Source of the DNA: Dehalococcoidia bacterium
Lineage (GTDB): Bacteria; Chloroflexota; Dehalococcoidia; Lucifugimonadales; UBA3495
NCBI GenBank assembly: GCA_965243185.1
Contig: OZ251531.1
Span: 543,665 to 607,664 of the forward strand
Direction: 5' to 3'
Length of the DNA stretch: 64,000 nucleotides
Below the pieces are notes generated by a model. The model was not told where the DNA came from, searched no databases, and saw only the letters and a program-made list of their open reading frames with translations. This document shows, piece by piece, positions 63,013-64,000 of the stretch; within the stretch, counting starts at the first letter, position 1, and every line of letters begins with the position of its first letter. The translations under genes and the position numbers were made by a program.

Positions 63013-64000
63013 TTACCGCCCCACCGCCAACTCGACTGCCCACAGCTGCCCTTGCCCGGGAATATACTGCCCGGTCCGTATTTCGGCAATGGGGTAGTCG
63101 GGCAGGGAAACCGTAGCCAGGCATTTCCCGTCAACCTGCCCGCCCTGCCGGGCCAAGGGAAAATCCCGGTTGGCAAAGCCGTGTGTTTGCCGTTCCAGTG
63201 GCAGGTCAGCGGCGTCCACCGGGACAATGTGCAGGAAAAACCGGGCCGCCGCATCCCCATCCGTGCAAGGTTCCCGCCGGTAAATCAGTTCCTTGCCCCG
63301 GCGATACAGGTCAAAAAAGCCCCGGGCGTCCGGTTCAGTGTCGGACACGGCGGCATCAGCCGCCCGCAAATCCGGCGGGTTAGCCTCCGGGTAGAAGACG
63401 CCCTCCCATTGGTCGGCTTGCCCGGTATGTATTTCCGCGATGGGGTAGTCCGGCAAGGGAACGACCGCGAAACACTCTCCCCCGGGCCAGCCGCCGTAGT
63501 GGGACAAGAAAAAATCCTGATTGGCAAAGCCGTACTCCCGCCGCTCCGGCGGCAGCGTAGCCGGCTCCACCGGGTAAATATGCAGCTGAAACCGGGTTTG
63601 GTAATCCTGCCGGGGACAGTCCCCTTTATAGTAAATCAGCCGTTGGTCGCCATTGTCCCCGGGCTCCAGAAAAACCTCAAAATCGCCGCGGAGGGCGGTT
63701 TGTTGAGAGTTATCCCTCAACCCAGCCACAATGTCCCCCAAGTCCGGGCCGGCAAAGCTGTGCCACTCCTCCCATTCAGCGTATCTCTCCTTGCCGGAAT
63801 AGCCTTGCCCCACGATGATCTGGGCGATGGGATAGTCGGGCAGCCGAATTACTGCCAGACAGCGGCCATCCAGTCCCACCCCCAGATTGTAAAACTCCTG
63901 GTAGTCCCCGGCAGCGGGCAACCAGGCATTGGGCAATCCTCGGGGGGGCTGGGTCGGGACCGCCGGATAAACCTTTACGACCAAGCGGCCTTTCCGGTCG
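63013..64000 (-). CDS. GT-C glycosyltransferase paralog 4, C-terminal triple-repeat domain only (N-terminus beyond the window end)
   Basis: The reading frame stays open through 64000 (..DRKGRLVVKVYPAVPTQPPRGLPNAWLPAAGDYQEFYNLGV...). The Met at 63984 in the track is internal. Same three LPDYPIA(E/Q)I modules. Confidence 0.7.
   Translation of the reverse strand, partial: DRKGRLVVKVYPAVPTQPPRGLPNAWLPAAGDYQEFYNLGVGLDGRCLAVIRLPDYPIAQIIVGQGYSGKERYAEWEEWHSFAGPDLGDIVAGLRDNSQQTALRGDFEVFLEPGDNGDQRLIYYKGDCPRQDYQTRFQLHIYPVEPATLPPERREYGFANQDFFLSHYGGWPGGECFAVVPLPDYPIAEIHTGQADQWEGVFYPEANPPDLRAADAAVSDTEPDARGFFDLYRRGKELIYRREPCTDGDAAARFFLHIVPVDAADLPLERQTHGFANRDFPLARQGGQVDGKCLATVSLPDYPIAEIRTGQYIPGQGQLWAVELAVGR

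Overview
64-kb high-GC (about 60-65% by eye) bacterial chromosomal window, densely coding on both strands. All domain calls come from reading motifs by eye, not from database searches. Taxonomy cannot be proven here; the style (Pro/Thr-rich linkers, lipoprotein SBPs, many extended -10 and leaderless promoters) fits a Chloroflexota-like high-GC bacterium. Backbone genes: a thiolase gene cut by the window edge, tRNA-Ala(UGC), a family III CoA-transferase, tag, a compact division cluster rsmH-ftsA-ftsZ, and nrdR ... nrdJ (class II RNR) with tandem NrdR-box-like sites in front of nrdR itself. Also a peptide/nickel-type ABC importer (two paralogous lipoprotein SBPs and two permeases, no ATPase genes), an aldehyde dehydrogenase, an amidase and a 2-hydroxyacid dehydrogenase. 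Accessory content is high. It includes two divergent ~1000-aa nuclease-like/N6-adenine-methyltransferase fusion proteins (one beside the tRNA), a sacsin-type GHKL ATPase-DUF3883 fusion in a visibly lower-GC patch, and a convergent PD-(D/E)xK-like/Mrr-like nuclease pair. It also includes four toxin-antitoxin-like modules, a decayed ISAs1-family IS, a ~1480-aa RCC1-repeat surface protein, and a five-Cache-domain exported protein with a near-identical 399-bp internal duplication. At the right edge is a tandem array of at least four ~920-aa GT-C-type membrane glycosyltransferase paralogs, each with its own leaderless TGCTATAAT promoter. The most unusual non-coding signal is a ~640-bp element present twice (18.4 kb and 51.9 kb). 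Each copy has its own TTGACA/CATAAT promoter, ~480 nt of hairpin-dense sequence with no conserved reading frame, and a perfect 28-nt GC palindrome at the end. This is a candidate unclassified large ncRNA. Copy 1 is followed directly by eight perfect 32-bp tandem repeats.
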